Below are positions 10,731 through 21,750 of a stretch of DNA of 49,472 nt, piece by piece (positions within the stretch are counted from its first letter, which is position 1; the number at the start of each line of letters is the position of its first letter). Under the pieces are notes generated by a model that did no database searches, had not been told where the DNA came from, and was given only the letters and a program-made list of their open reading frames with translations. The translations under genes and the position numbers were made by a program. The DNA is taken from assembly GCA_040754875.1 (NCBI GenBank), contig JBFMBT010000003.1:1-49472 (forward strand), read 5' to 3'. The DNA comes from Verrucomicrobiota bacterium (GTDB taxonomy: Bacteria; Verrucomicrobiota; Verrucomicrobiia; Limisphaerales; JBFMBT01).

Positions 10731-12719
10731 TCAGGCGGCGACCAGTTCGCGGGGGCGGCGCGGGGTGCGGGACGGTTTGGTTTCGGCGAGAATGACGCGG
10801 TCGAGGCGGAGGGCTTCGCCGACGGACCAGGCTTGAAACGGGCAGCCGCGCGGGGTGTGGGGCGGTTCGGCGTCGGTGATTTCGGAGATGTGGCCGAGGC
10901 CGGCGTCGTCGAGATGCGCGAGAAGCGGAGCGAGGAATTTGGCGCGGGCTTCGCGGCGGGCGGCGTTGGTGTTGCCGCGCACGCGAACCCAGGCTTCGAC
11001 GAACGGCCCGATGAGCCACGGCCAGACGGTGCCTTGATGATACGAGCCGTCGCGTTCGCGCACGCCGCCGACGTAATGCGGAGTGTAACCCGGCTCAAAC
11101 GGCGCGAGCGAACGCAAGCCCAGCGGAACCCAGAGGCGCGCTTCGACGGTGGCGACGACGCGCAGCGCCTGTTCGCCTTCCAGCAAAGCGAAGGGCAGCC
11201 CGCCCACGGCGAGAATCTGGTTCGGGCGGAAGGACGCATCAACGGCGCCGGGCCGGTGGTCACAATCGATGACATCGTAGAGGCAGCCGACGGCTTCGTT
11301 CCAGAAGCGCGCGCGAAAGGCGGCGAGCGCGTCGTCAAATTCCATTTGCCAGCGCGGCGAAATGGCCGCGCCGATCTTGAGCGCGTTGAGCCAGAGCGCC
11401 TGGATTTCCACGGGCTTGCCGATGCGCGGCGTCACGACCCAATCGCCGACCTTGGCATCCATCCACGTGAGTTGGACGCCGGGCACACCGCAGGCAAGCA
11501 GGCCGTCGGCGTCCTGGCGGATGCCGTAGCGCGTGCCGCGCGCGTAACCGGCGAGAATGTCTTCGACCGCGCCGAGCAGCACGGCTTGTTCGTTGGCGGA
11601 GGCAGGCGTGTTGCAGTTGCGACGCGCCTCGAGGTATTCGTGCAAGGCGATGACATACCAAAGCGACGCATCGACGGCGTTGAACTCGGGTTGCTCGCCG
11701 TGGTCGGGAAAGCGGTTGGGCAGCATGCCTTCGGAAACGGCGGTGGCCCACGCGAGAAGGATATCGCGCGCGTCGTCGAGCCGGCCGGACGCGAGGCACA
11801 AACCGCGTAAGGCGATGAAGGTGTCGCGGCCCCAATCGGTGAACCACGGATAACCGGCGATGATGGTTTTGCCTTTGCGTCCGTGGACGATGTAGTCGTC
11901 GGCCGCGCGGTGCAGGCGCGAAGGGAATTCCCGACGGCGGCGAAGTTCCTGCGCGCGCACGGCAGCAAAGCGGCGTGTGACGGATTGCGAGCGTTGCGGC
12001 AGGGCGTCGTGCGTTTCGCGCGTGGTGAGCATCCAGACGGCCTCGCGGGCGAGGTCCCATTGCAGGACGCCCGGCGCGGCGAGGTCTTCGGTGAAGTCAA
12101 GGCCGCGCGCGCGTTCGTCGTCGTATTGGAAGTTGCGATACCAATGCGGCTCGTGGGTGTACGTGGCGTTGGCGAGCGAGACTATTTCCGGGATCCCATC
12201 GTAGGGCCGCCACGAAACCTGCCCGCCTTTGACCTCGGCATGAAAACGGAATGCGGCGTTTTCCTTGTGCAGGGAATGGTAATCGCGTCCGGAAAGAAAC
12301 GGGCGCACGAACAATTTCACTTGTTTGGCTTTGCCAACCAAGCGCCACGCCAGCACCGTGAGCGGCGCACCGCGCGTGACGAACAATTCCTGCTCGATTT
12401 CGGTGCCGTCCTCGAAGCGGAAGCGCCAGCGCGGCCAGGGTTCGATGGAGAATTCCTCGATGCGTTGCGCGCCGTCACCGCCGACGACATCCGGCGCGTA
12501 ACCTTGGGACGTCATCGCGAAGCGGCCGGCGGGTGTTTCGATCCACGCGTCGAAGCCATTGACGAGCACGAGCCGGCCGGTGGGCGGCGTGGTGGCGACC
12601 AACAGCAACGCGTGATAACGGCGCGTGCGGATGCCGGTGGCGGTGCCGGAAGCGAAGCCGCCGAGGGCGTCGGTTTCGAGCCATTCGCGGGTGGAGGCGG
12701 CGGGAGAAATCACGTTCAT
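10731..12719 (-). CDS. Amylo-alpha-1,6-glucosidase (glycogen debranching enzyme, GDE_N + GDE_C)
   Basis: EWLETDALGGFASGT..TRRYHALL, IIAGYPWFTDWGRDTFIALRGL, LTWMDAK, YHQGTVWPWL and GCPFQAWSVGE. Confidence 0.93.
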   Translation of the reverse strand: MNVISPAASTREWLETDALGGFASGTATGIRTRRYHALLLVATTPPTGRLVLVNGFDAWIETPAGRFAMTSQGYAPDVVGGDGAQRIEEFSIEPWPRWRFRFEDGTEIEQELFVTRGAPLTVLAWRLVGKAKQVKLFVRPFLSGRDYHSLHKENAAFRFHAEVKGGQVSWRPYDGIPEIVSLANATYTHEPHWYRNFQYDDERARGLDFTEDLAAPGVLQWDLAREAVWMLTTRETHDALPQRSQSVTRRFAAVRAQELRRRREFPSRLHRAADDYIVHGRKGKTIIAGYPWFTDWGRDTFIALRGLCLASGRLDDARDILLAWATAVSEGMLPNRFPDHGEQPEFNAVDASLWYVIALHEYLEARRNCNTPASANEQAVLLGAVEDILAGYARGTRYGIRQDADGLLACGVPGVQLTWMDAKVGDWVVTPRIGKPVEIQALWLNALKIGAAISPRWQMEFDDALAAFRARFWNEAVGCLYDVIDCDHRPGAVDASFRPNQILAVGGLPFALLEGEQALRVVATVEARLWVPLGLRSLAPFEPGYTPHYVGGVRERDGSYHQGTVWPWLIGPFVEAWVRVRGNTNAARREARAKFLAPLLAHLDDAGLGHISEITDAEPPHTPRGCPFQAWSVGEALRLDRVILAETKPSRTPRRPRELVAA

Positions 12720-13004
12720 GCATCCGTTGGTCGAACGGTGCAGGGATAACTTACAAGGAACGCGACCACAGATTCAGAAAAAGCACAGATTGGAAACGAG
12801 GATCACGAAGACGAACCCCTCTCCCTTGTTCCCTCTCCCCGTCGTTCCTCCGGGGCGAGGGAGACTTTCAAGATGCAACTGAAGAGAATTCCGACATTGG
12901 CATTTGCGACGCGCAACAAAGCGGCACAGGACTGCCGCACTCCAAGACGCTTCGCGCATGCCGGGCTCCGATGGATGCGATGCCATCGGCACTGCGCACG
13001 GGGA

Positions 13005-13027
13005 ATAGCCGATAGCCGATAGCCGAT
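13005..13027. repeat. (ATAGCCG)x3 tandem heptamer downstream of gdh
   Basis: atagccg atagccg atagccg at. Confidence 0.9.
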
Positions 13028-13049
13028 GTTAAGATTGCGAATGAGACGA

Positions 13050-13976
13050 CTAGCCGCCGGTTTCGAAGCCGGGATACAAGGTCATGCCGCCATCGACGAA
13101 GAGGGTGGTGCCGTGGACGTAGTCGGAGTCGTCGGAAGCAAGCCACACAGCGGCGCGGCCGATGTCTTCGGGTTCGCCGATGCGCTTGTAGGGGACGAGC
13201 TTCATCAATTCGCGGTACGCCTCGGGCGTGCCCCAGGCTTCCATGTTGATGGGCGTGCGGATGGCGCCGGGGGCGATGCTGTTGACGCGGATGCGCCAGG
13301 GTGCGACTTCCTGCGCAATGCTTTTCATCATGAGCATCACGCCGCCCTTGCTCGCGGCGTAATTCACGTGGCCGGCCCAGGGAATAACCTCGTGCACGGA
13401 ACTCATGCAAATGATCTTGCCCGCCGCGCAGGAAACTTCCGGGCGGATGCCGCGGCGCTTGAACTCGCGCACAGCCTCGCGCGAGCAGAGGAACTGGCCG
13501 GTGAGATTCACATCGAGGACGAACTGCCAGTCGGCCAGGCTCATGTTCTCAAACGCGGCGTCCTTTTGCAGGCCGGCGTTGTTGATGAGGATGTCGATGG
13601 TGCCGAATTCCTGAATCATCTTTTTGAACATGGCCTGCACCTGGTCCTCCTTGCGCACGTCGGCCTGGTGCGCGTAGGCATTCGAGCCGCAACGCGCGGC
13701 TTCCTTCACCACGGACTCGGCGGCATCGGGGCGCGAGACATAATTCACCACGACATCCGCGCCGGCATGCGCGAGTGCCAGCGCGACGGCCTGCCCGATG
13801 CCCGAGTTGGCGCCGGTGACGAGGGCCTTCTGGCCTTTGAGGACCTTGCGAATGGGACAGGCGGGCATCACGGCTTGCGGCAGGTTTTCTTCGCACAGAT
13901 GATTGCGCATCAAATCAGCGGAAGACATGGCGGGCGCGGTGTGGCGCGCGGGCGGCGGTTCGAGAATGGTGTTCAT
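13050..13976 (-). CDS. gdh: Glucose 1-dehydrogenase (SDR family)
   Basis: TGANSGIG, NNAGLQ, SSVHEVIPW, YAASKGG and VDGGMTLYP. Start is uncertain (ATG at 14015, 13976 or further downstream). Confidence 0.85.
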   Translation of the reverse strand: MNTILEPPPARHTAPAMSSADLMRNHLCEENLPQAVMPACPIRKVLKGQKALVTGANSGIGQAVALALAHAGADVVVNYVSRPDAAESVVKEAARCGSNAYAHQADVRKEDQVQAMFKKMIQEFGTIDILINNAGLQKDAAFENMSLADWQFVLDVNLTGQFLCSREAVREFKRRGIRPEVSCAAGKIICMSSVHEVIPWAGHVNYAASKGGVMLMMKSIAQEVAPWRIRVNSIAPGAIRTPINMEAWGTPEAYRELMKLVPYKRIGEPEDIGRAAVWLASDDSDYVHGTTLFVDGGMTLYPGFETGG

Positions 13977-14183
13977 GGCAATGTTTTCAAAAGCGCCGAT
14001 GAGCGACTGGCTCATGCAGCGTCCTCCATGTGTCGTGCGAAGGGGGGGAAACTTACAGCCAGTTACATGAGTTAAATGAGTTGAAGAGTGGAAGGGTGGA
14101 AGGGTGGACGAGGGGAAGCGTGGAAGAAGGGGAGTGGTTTTTGTGTAAGGATTGGGGCGCGGGGCCGACGAAGGATAAACCTT

Positions 14184-14714
14184 ATGATGCGCGCCGAGTC
14201 ATCGGAAGTGTTGGGAAGCTTCGACAGCCTGGTGGAACGCCATTATCAGCCCCTGTTTCGTTTCGCCGTAAGTCTTTGCGGCGCACCGGAAACGGCGATG
14301 GACCTGACCCAGCAGACGTTTTATGTGGCGCTGCGGCGACAGGGGCAGTTGCGTGAGCCGTCGAAGTTCAAGTCGTGGTTGTTCAGCATTTTGTTCCGCG
14401 AATTCTTGCAGCGCCGGCGGCACTTGAAGCGGTTTCACCATCATTCGCTCGAAGACTGCGAGCGCGAATTGCCCAATGTGGCGCCCGACGATGTGAACCG
14501 CCTGGACGCATCGGCGGTGCGCGAGGCGCTGCAGAGCCTGGACGAGCCGTTTCGCGCGCCGCTGGAATTGTTCTACGTCCATGACCTTTCATACAAGGAA
14601 ATCGCCGCGCGCCTGGGCGTGCCGGTGGGAACCGTGATGTCGCGCCTCTCACGGGCAAAACGGATGTTGCGCGAGCGGCTGGAAACCAATTTGCGTCCGA
14701 AACCGAAACCATGA
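14184..14714 (+). CDS. ECF RNA polymerase sigma factor
   Basis: Region 2 (DLTQQTF..FKSWLFSILFREF) and region 4 (LSYKEIAARLGVPVGTVMSRLSRAK). AAGGA lies upstream of the ATG at 14184. Confidence 0.92.
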   Translation: MMRAESSEVLGSFDSLVERHYQPLFRFAVSLCGAPETAMDLTQQTFYVALRRQGQLREPSKFKSWLFSILFREFLQRRRHLKRFHHHSLEDCERELPNVAPDDVNRLDASAVREALQSLDEPFRAPLELFYVHDLSYKEIAARLGVPVGTVMSRLSRAKRMLRERLETNLRPKPKP

Positions 14715-15265
14715 ACAGCGGTCCAAAAATCATGAAACACATTTCCCTGGCAAAGCTCGCCGCGGTGGCGGCGGGCATTCTATTTTTTGCGCACAACCTG
14801 GCGGCCAACCCGGACAACTTCACGGTGCCATCGGCAACGGGCGGCGGAAAATTCACGCTGGCCGAAGCGAAGGGCAAATTCGTGGCCGTTCATTTTCTGC
14901 TGAAAACGGAATGCCCGGTGTGCCTGCGGCACACGCGCGAGTATGCGACAAAGGCAGCGACGTTGCCCAACGTGGTGCAGGTCTTTCTCAAGCCGGACAG
15001 CGCCGGTGATATCAAGGCGTGGGCCGGCAAGCTGCCGGCCGATCTCGTGGCGAAGTACCCGATCTATCGCGACGCGGATGCGGCGCTGGCGAAGGCGTTC
15101 AAGGTGCCGGACGGCTACAAATTCCACGGCGAAGTGGTGCATTATCCGGCGCTGGTGCTGCTCGATCCCGACGGGAAGGAAGTTTTCCGTCACGTGGGCA
15201 AAAGCAACAGCGACCGCTTCAGTTTCGAGAAGCTGGCGGCGAAGGTGGAAGAGTTGAGGAAGTAG
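14711..15265 (+). CDS. Exported redoxin (AhpC/TSA-like thioredoxin fold, CxxC)
   Basis: Signal peptide, FTLAEAKGKFVAVHFLLKTECPVC and YPALVLLDPDGKEVF. ATGA overlap with the sigma stop; alternative start at 14732. Confidence 0.85.
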   Translation: MNSGPKIMKHISLAKLAAVAAGILFFAHNLAANPDNFTVPSATGGGKFTLAEAKGKFVAVHFLLKTECPVCLRHTREYATKAATLPNVVQVFLKPDSAGDIKAWAGKLPADLVAKYPIYRDADAALAKAFKVPDGYKFHGEVVHYPALVLLDPDGKEVFRHVGKSNSDRFSFEKLAAKVEELRK

Positions 15266-15425
15266 GATACCTGCGCGCGACACACGGGAAGGGCCGTTTG
15301 GCGGCCAAGAACAGATTCGCAAATTGCGGCTCTAATCACACCCACCTGCCCGAATCTCTTCAAGAGGCGGCTGGCAAATTACCGTCGCTGGCATCACACT
15401 GGCGCCATCACCACGGGTTATTGCC

Positions 15426-17161
15426 ATGCAAATCGCGCTCGCTGATTGGGTCGTCCTCGTCGCCTACTTTGTCTTCATCGCCGGGGTCGGGATCGTAGCC
15501 GGCCTGAAGGTGAAGGACACCGGCCACTATTTCCTTGGCAAACGCCGCTTCGGAAAATGGCTGATGATCGGGCAAAGCTTCGGCGTCGGCACGCACGCGG
15601 AGATGCCCGTCTCGCTCGCCGGCGCGGTGAGCAATCTCGGGTTCTCCGGCATTTGGTTTCAGTGGAAAAACCTGTTCGCCACGCCGTTCTACTGGCTCTT
15701 CGCGCCAGTGTTGCGCCGCATCCGCCGCACCACCATTGCGGAACTGACCGAGGATCGTTACGGGCCATGGATGGGCCTGGTTTATATCATGTTCGCGCTG
15801 GTCTTTTTCACCATCAACTCCGCCGGCATGCTCAAGGGCGCGGGCAAGGTCATCAGCCAGGCGATCGGCGGCCAGTTCGGCGTCAACGAAATCGTCATTG
15901 CGATGACGGTGATCTTCGTGCTTTACAGTTTCATTGGCGGGCTGGTCGCGGCGGCCTGGACCGATTTCTTCCAGGGCTTCCTGATCATCGCGCTGTCGTT
16001 CATGTTGATCCCGCTGGGCTGGAGCGTGGTGGGCGGGATGAGCGGAATGAAGGAGTCACTCGAAGCCTACAAGTTCTCGCTGGCCGCGCCCCAGGGCATC
16101 GGCCCGTGGTACATCCTCATGCTCACGCTCAACGGCCTCGTGGGCATTCTGGCCCAGCCGCACATGCTTGCCGCGTCGGCACCGGCAAGGACGAGCGCAC
16201 GTGCCGGATCGGCTTTTTCTACGGCAACATGATCAAGCGCATCTGCACGGTCGGCTGGGCGCTGGTCGGCTTGATGGTCGCGGCGATGCTCGTGAAAGGC
16301 AGCTTCGGCGTGGACAAACTCAACGATGCCGAGGAAGCATTCGGTTTCGCCTGTCGTCACTTGCTGTTTCCCGGCGCGCTCGGCCTGTTGATCGCCAGCG
16401 TGCTGGCGGCCAACATGTCCACCGCGTCTGCGTTCATGGTCAACAGCGGCGCGCTCTTCACCGAGGGGCTTTATCGCAAATTCATGGCGGCCGGCCGGCC
16501 TGATGCCCATTACCTTTGGGTCGGCCGCATCAGCGGGTTCCTCATCACCATGCTCGGCGTGGTCTATGCCGTGTTCCTCATCGACAAAGTGCTCTACTCC
16601 TTCCTGATGACCGAGACGATGGCGACCTACATGGGCATCAGTCTGCTGGGCGGCATCGTGTGGCGGCGCGCCAACCGCTGGGGCGCGCTGGCCAGCCTGG
16701 TCGCGGCGTTTGCGACGAATTTTCTCGTGTATCACCTGCGCGGCGAGCGGTTCGACCATTGGGACCCGAACGTGTTCTGCGCGGCCTTCGCGGCGGGCGT
16801 CGCGGCCCTGGTGGTCGTAAGCCTGCTGACCAAGCCGGAACCGGCCGCCAGCACGGAATCGTTCTTTATCCGGCTGGAAACGCCCACGGAGTTGCCGGGC
16901 CGCGACGGCGACCCACTGGCCGATGCCTCGCCACGCACCGACACAGAGCATGCAAATCCGGATCACGCCCGACCCGAATTGGAGAAAGCCGCCGCCGAAG
17001 CAGGACAACAATCCCTCATCGTCAACCTGCTCCACCCGCGCCGCGCGACACACGGCGTCAGCTTCCTGAAGGCTTATCGGACGGACCTCATTGGCTTCGC
17101 CTGGAGTTGGGCGTGGGTGGTGGTGCTCGTGGGGTTGACCTGGCTGTTGCTGCAGGCATGA
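15426..17161 (+). pseudogene. Sodium:solute symporter (SSF), split by a one-base deletion at ~16174 (true pseudogene or sequencing error)
   Basis: The first frame gives the N-terminal half of an SSF (YFLGKRRFG, LYSFIGGLVAAAWTDFFQG, QPHMLA). It continues in another frame as VGTGKDE..GLLIASVLAANMST..WRRANRWGA up to the stop at 17161. Confidence 0.85.
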
Positions 17162-17224
17162 AAAGCCGTGCCGGATTGAACCAGTCTTCGGTTTTTGCCC
17201 GGGACATGTACGGCGTAGTAGCGG

Positions 17225-17680
17225 CTACTTCTGGCGCTTGACCACAATCAGATAAGTCCGCTGGGCGGGATTGGCCGAAAAATCCTCCGGCCGCTTTTGC
17301 AACTTGCCGCCGCCGACGGTGGTGCACCAGTAAAGCGTATCGCCTTCAATCTTGATGATGCCCTGATACGTGTTCCCCTTGAAATTGCTGCTTACACCGG
17401 TCGCGTCAATCGTCTTCCCGTCCGCCGCCAGCGTGAACTCGCCTTCGCCGATGTTACCTTGCGGCAATCGCACGCCCTTGACCTGATTGCCTTCGAAGGT
17501 CAATTGCAGCTTCACCCCTTTCTGCGCGTCTTCGCCTTTGCCCGAATCGAAGCGCGCGCCGCTCCAGACGCCTTGCAGGGCCTTTGGGGTCACTGGCTTG
17601 GCGCCCGGCGCTGCGCCCCATAACCCGCCCAACCCGATGAAGACAATCCCGGCTCCCAACCATGCTGTGATTCGTTTCAT
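17225..17680 (-). CDS. TIGR03067-type (Planctomycetes/PVC) exported domain protein
   Basis: Signal peptide from the ATG at 17680. ALQGVW, GIIKIEGDTLYWC, RPEDF and LIVVKR match the family pattern. Confidence 0.8.
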   Translation of the reverse strand: MKRITAWLGAGIVFIGLGGLWGAAPGAKPVTPKALQGVWSGARFDSGKGEDAQKGVKLQLTFEGNQVKGVRLPQGNIGEGEFTLAADGKTIDATGVSSNFKGNTYQGIIKIEGDTLYWCTTVGGGKLQKRPEDFSANPAQRTYLIVVKRQK

Positions 17681-17751
17681 AAATGGTCCGATTATCCGCA
17701 GTTCATTCTCGTCCTCGTCCTCAATTGTGGATCGCCTTTGATCTTGTTCTT

Positions 17752-19008
17752 TTATCCGATGCAATCCACCGGTGCGTACTTCCCACCCAGGATTTCCTCG
17801 CTCGGGGCCTTCAGGAATTTCTCGAGGATGGCCGCATAGACATTGCGGAAGTCCACGGCCATCTTGAGATTCCCGCGGTCGTCCAGGTCCGTGAGGCTGG
17901 GCATCGTGCCATGCACGCCCGCCTTCACACCGGGGCCGATGAGGAACATCGGCTGGGCCAGGCCGTGGTCGGTGCCGCCGCTGTAATTCTCGGCCACGCG
18001 CCGGCCGAATTCGCTGTAAGTGAAGGTCAGCACGCGCTTGTCGTTCTTGCAGCGGGCGAGGTCCTGGTAGAACGCCGACACCGTCTGGTCGAGTTCATCG
18101 AGCAACTGCGAGAGCCGCCGTGGCTGGTCGGCATGCGTGTCGTAGCCACCGAACACTGCGATGCCCTGCGCTGCATAAAACACACGCGCGTTCAATCCGC
18201 CGTTGATGAAGGCGGCGATGGTCTTGACCGAGTTGCCAAACTGCGTGTCGGGATATTGCACCGGCGTCTGATACTTGCCGGCAAGTTCGCCCAGACGCGC
18301 GCTGGCTTCGTTGGCATTCACCGCCGTGCGCGTGATGAATTGAAGATCGTCCGCCCCGGGCGCCTGGGTCATCTGGTTGAACTTCGCATACGTCTTCTGC
18401 CCTTGCGCATTGCGCGCGCCGGTGAAACGGAACGAGTCGGGATTCACGAAGCCCAGCCCCGGGTGCGCCTTGCCGGTGATGCCCAGCGGCAGGCCACCGG
18501 GACCAACAGCGATGTTGCGCGTCGCCTCGCTATCCTTGCAGGCGTAATCCACGTAACGCCCGAGCCAGCCCGTCGCCCCGGGCTTGCCGGTGCGCACGCC
18601 GGTCGCAGCCGCCTCCCAGATTTCGCGTCCGGTGAAGTGGCTCAAATTGAAATTCGGATAAGCGGTGCCAAGCACGACGCCCAGTGAGCCCTCGTCATGC
18701 AGGCGCTTGAACTGCTTGAGGCTCGGGTGCAAGCCCACCTGGTCGTTGAGCTTCAGCACCTCCTTGGGCGGGATGCCGAGCACCTTGCGGTTCTTATAAT
18801 AATCGTCGTTGCAATACGGCGGCACCACCGAGAGACCGTCCGGGCCACCGGTCAGCAGGAGTGAAACAATGATGCGATCATCCGAACCGGCGGCGGGGCC
18901 GGCCAGCGCGGAGCGCAAGACGAAGTTGGGCAGGGCCATCCCGATGCCCACGATGCCGAGCCCGTGGGTGAGAAACTCGCGGCGCGTGGCGATGTTGGTC
19001 TTCTTCAT
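17752..19008 (-). CDS. DUF1501 domain protein with Tat signal
   Basis: TRREFL twin-arginine motif, LTGGPDGLSVVPPY, NLSHF, GGYDTHADQ, SEFGRRVAENYSGGTDHG and VDFRNVYA. Confidence 0.92.
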   Translation of the reverse strand: MKKTNIATRREFLTHGLGIVGIGMALPNFVLRSALAGPAAGSDDRIIVSLLLTGGPDGLSVVPPYCNDDYYKNRKVLGIPPKEVLKLNDQVGLHPSLKQFKRLHDEGSLGVVLGTAYPNFNLSHFTGREIWEAAATGVRTGKPGATGWLGRYVDYACKDSEATRNIAVGPGGLPLGITGKAHPGLGFVNPDSFRFTGARNAQGQKTYAKFNQMTQAPGADDLQFITRTAVNANEASARLGELAGKYQTPVQYPDTQFGNSVKTIAAFINGGLNARVFYAAQGIAVFGGYDTHADQPRRLSQLLDELDQTVSAFYQDLARCKNDKRVLTFTYSEFGRRVAENYSGGTDHGLAQPMFLIGPGVKAGVHGTMPSLTDLDDRGNLKMAVDFRNVYAAILEKFLKAPSEEILGGKYAPVDCIG

Positions 19009-19063
19009 AACTGGACTTTACTTTGCTGGGTTGATGTGGGTACGGCGTTGCGTGATGAGGTGC

Positions 19064-21380
19064 TTACGATACCTGGTGTTCGGGCATGCACAGCAGGAGC
19101 ACGAGCACCGAACGCAGCCGTTCGTTCAGCTCGCGGCGTTGCCTGTCCCAACTGCCGCGCGACGGCAACGGGCCGAGTTGCTTGACCATATCCTGCCGTT
19201 TCTCCGCGCTCAGCGGCCCGCATGAGACAGGCCTTGGCGAGATAGTCCACTGCCTCCGCGCCGTTCTTGCAGCCGGCGGATTCAAGCAGCGCCACCACGT
19301 CCACACCCTCGTTGGCAACCGCCTCAACCACGCTGGCGACGGCGTTATAACGGACGAACAGCCGTTGCGAGCTGATCCACGGCCGGCCATAGCGCCAACC
19401 CTTCACGTCCGGCGGCTCCAGCAGCGTCATGCCCATCTGCTGCAAGGCCAGATCCAGCGCCCCGTAATCGGTCACCGGCCTGGTCACGGCCAGCGAACTG
19501 CCATCGTTCTTCGAGCGCGGCGTGTCTATTGGCCAATCGGCCGCCGCCGGCCGGACGCCCAGGTCGCGCAACAGGCCGACCATCAACTCGACCGGGCTTT
19601 TGATCTGGTTGCCCATCGAGTGCGGGCTGTAGAATTCCTCCGAGAGGAACAGGTTTTTGAGCATTGGCTCCAGCGCATAACCGCGGTCGAGCAACACCGC
19701 GGCGAGACCTTCCACCGTCCCCTTGTCCGGATCAGGATAGGCGAAGAACTCGAACAGCTTCTTCGCGACGAAGCGTGAAGTCTCGGGTTTCTCCAGGATC
19801 AGGCGCACCAGGTCGTCGCCGGTCCACGGCCCCTTTTTGCCAAAGATGGTTTTGTCGGTCGTGTCGTGCTGACTGTAAATGAAGCGATACGTGCCGGTGG
19901 CATGGTCGTAATTGTAGCCCGTCAGCGCGCGCGCCGCCTCGATGATGTCCTTTTCGGTGTAGCCCTGGTCCACGCCCATCGAAAACAACTCCAGGATTTC
20001 CCGTCCGAGATTCTCGTTCGGTTTGCCTTTGGCGTTTTTGTTGTTGTCGAGGTAACGGATCATCGCCGGGTCATGGACCAGTCCGTAGAGCAGCGCGCCG
20101 AAGTTGCCGGCCGCATGCTCGCGGAAGAATTGGAGCTGGCGGGACATCGCGTAACTGTTCTGCACCACGCTGTCCTGGCTGGCGAAATGCCCGTGCCAGA
20201 AGAGCGTGAGCTTTTCCTGAAGCGGGCGCGGCGATTCGACCATGCGCTGCAACCACCAGCGGCGCAGTTGCACCTGCTGGTTGGCGTTCACCTGTGGCCG
20301 GTCGAAGTCCACCGAGCGATTGCCAAAGCCGCGCATCTTCATTTTGCCTTCGAGCGGATCAATATGAATGAGCGGGACCGGGTCATACGCCTGCGCCGGC
20401 TGCGGTTGGCGGTAAAATTCCACGAGTTGATCCACCGCCTTGTGGAGGCCCATCTGGTGCAGCTTCGCGACCTCCTGCGGTGTGCCGCCAAACCCGGCGC
20501 GCACGAGCAAATGCCGCGCCCTGGCGTAATCCCATTTCTCCGCCGCCAGCGGCTTGAGCCCGCCCATGACCTCGGCGCGCAACGCATAGACTTCCGGGGC
20601 AAGCCGCCCGATCGTGCGCACCGCGTCGGCCACAATCGCATCGGCATCGGCCCTTTCCTTCGCCTGCTGCGCGGCAAACTCGGTCAGCCGCCTTTTCATC
20701 GCCGAATCCGTTTCCACGCTCGCGATTTCCCTGGCAATGCGCGCCGCTTCGCTGCTTTGCTCGACCAGTTCCTCAGCCGTGTCCTTGCGGATCGCCGCCC
20801 ACTGCCGGATTTCCATCACGCGCAACGCCCGCTGCTCGCGCACCGAACGCCACTGCGCGGCGGCGTTTTTGTCGCCTGCCTTGTCGGCGGCCGCGGCCTG
20901 CGCCTCGGCCACCTTGATCTCGGCCGCGCGTGTCGCCGCCATCTTGTCCCGCAAATCCAGTTCCGAAACGAACAACTCGCGCGACGCCTTGTTGGCCGCG
21001 ATCGTGTCGGCGATCAACCGTTCCGACGCCTTGCGCAGCGTGGCCAACCGCTCCTGCGCCGCCGCCCGCAGTTCCTGCACCTGCGCCCGCGGCTGCCGCG
21101 CGGCCAGCGCCCGCTTGACCTCATCCTCGGCGGCACGCCAATTGCGCAGCGCATCCTCGGCCCGGGTCCGCTCGGAACGGGCGATTTCGCGCGTGGCCGA
21201 GCGAGCCATCTCGCGCGAGTTCTCTTCGGTCTTCGCCGCTGCCTCCTGTTTGCGGGCTTCGGCAACCGCGGGATCCACGGCATCGGCGGCGTGGGCGGCA
21301 CGCGGGCTGGACACGGCCGCGGTGGCGGCCGCCAGAACAAACAGCGCCAGCCGCAAATGAATCGTGTTGCGCATTTTCAT
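19064..21380 (-). CDS. DUF1800 domain protein with signal peptide and N-terminal coiled-coil; +1 frameshift near 19218 (likely true stop at 19064)
   Basis: ARHLLVRAGFGG, LQEKLTLFWHGHF, DPAMIRYLDN, PNENLGREILELF and IKSPVEL. The family-like ending LLLCMPEHQVS lies in the alternative frame ending at 19064; the uncorrected frame ends at 19005. Confidence 0.85.
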
Positions 21381-21532
21381 GGTTTCAGTTTCAGAAGTTG
21401 AAGGGGCGACATCATTGATGGCGATAATCCAGTCCAGGACTACCCCACCACTTTGCCGTTGCCGGCGCCCCGCACGCCTTGACGCGCGTCAAAGAAGCGA
21501 ATTTCTATTGCCCCGGCAACTCATCCCTCTCA

Positions 21533-21599
21533 TTAACACCTCGCTTCAGCGAGGTGTTCGCGCATCAAACATGACAATTAACCGCTTATAGCGGTTTCC
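21533..21599. repeat. Double-hairpin REP-like element
   Basis: aacacctcgct-tc-agcgaggtgtt followed by aaccgct-tat-agcggtt. Confidence 0.6.
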
Positions 21600-21750
21600 C
21601 CTCACGCCACAAAACGTCAATCAGCGAACTTTGCCCCACACTTCAACCCTTCAACCCGCCACTCTTCAACGCCCCCGTTCGCTTGCATCCGCTGCTTCCC
21701 ATAAACACGGCAAACCCAGACGCATCGCCATTCACCCAACGCGGCAACGG

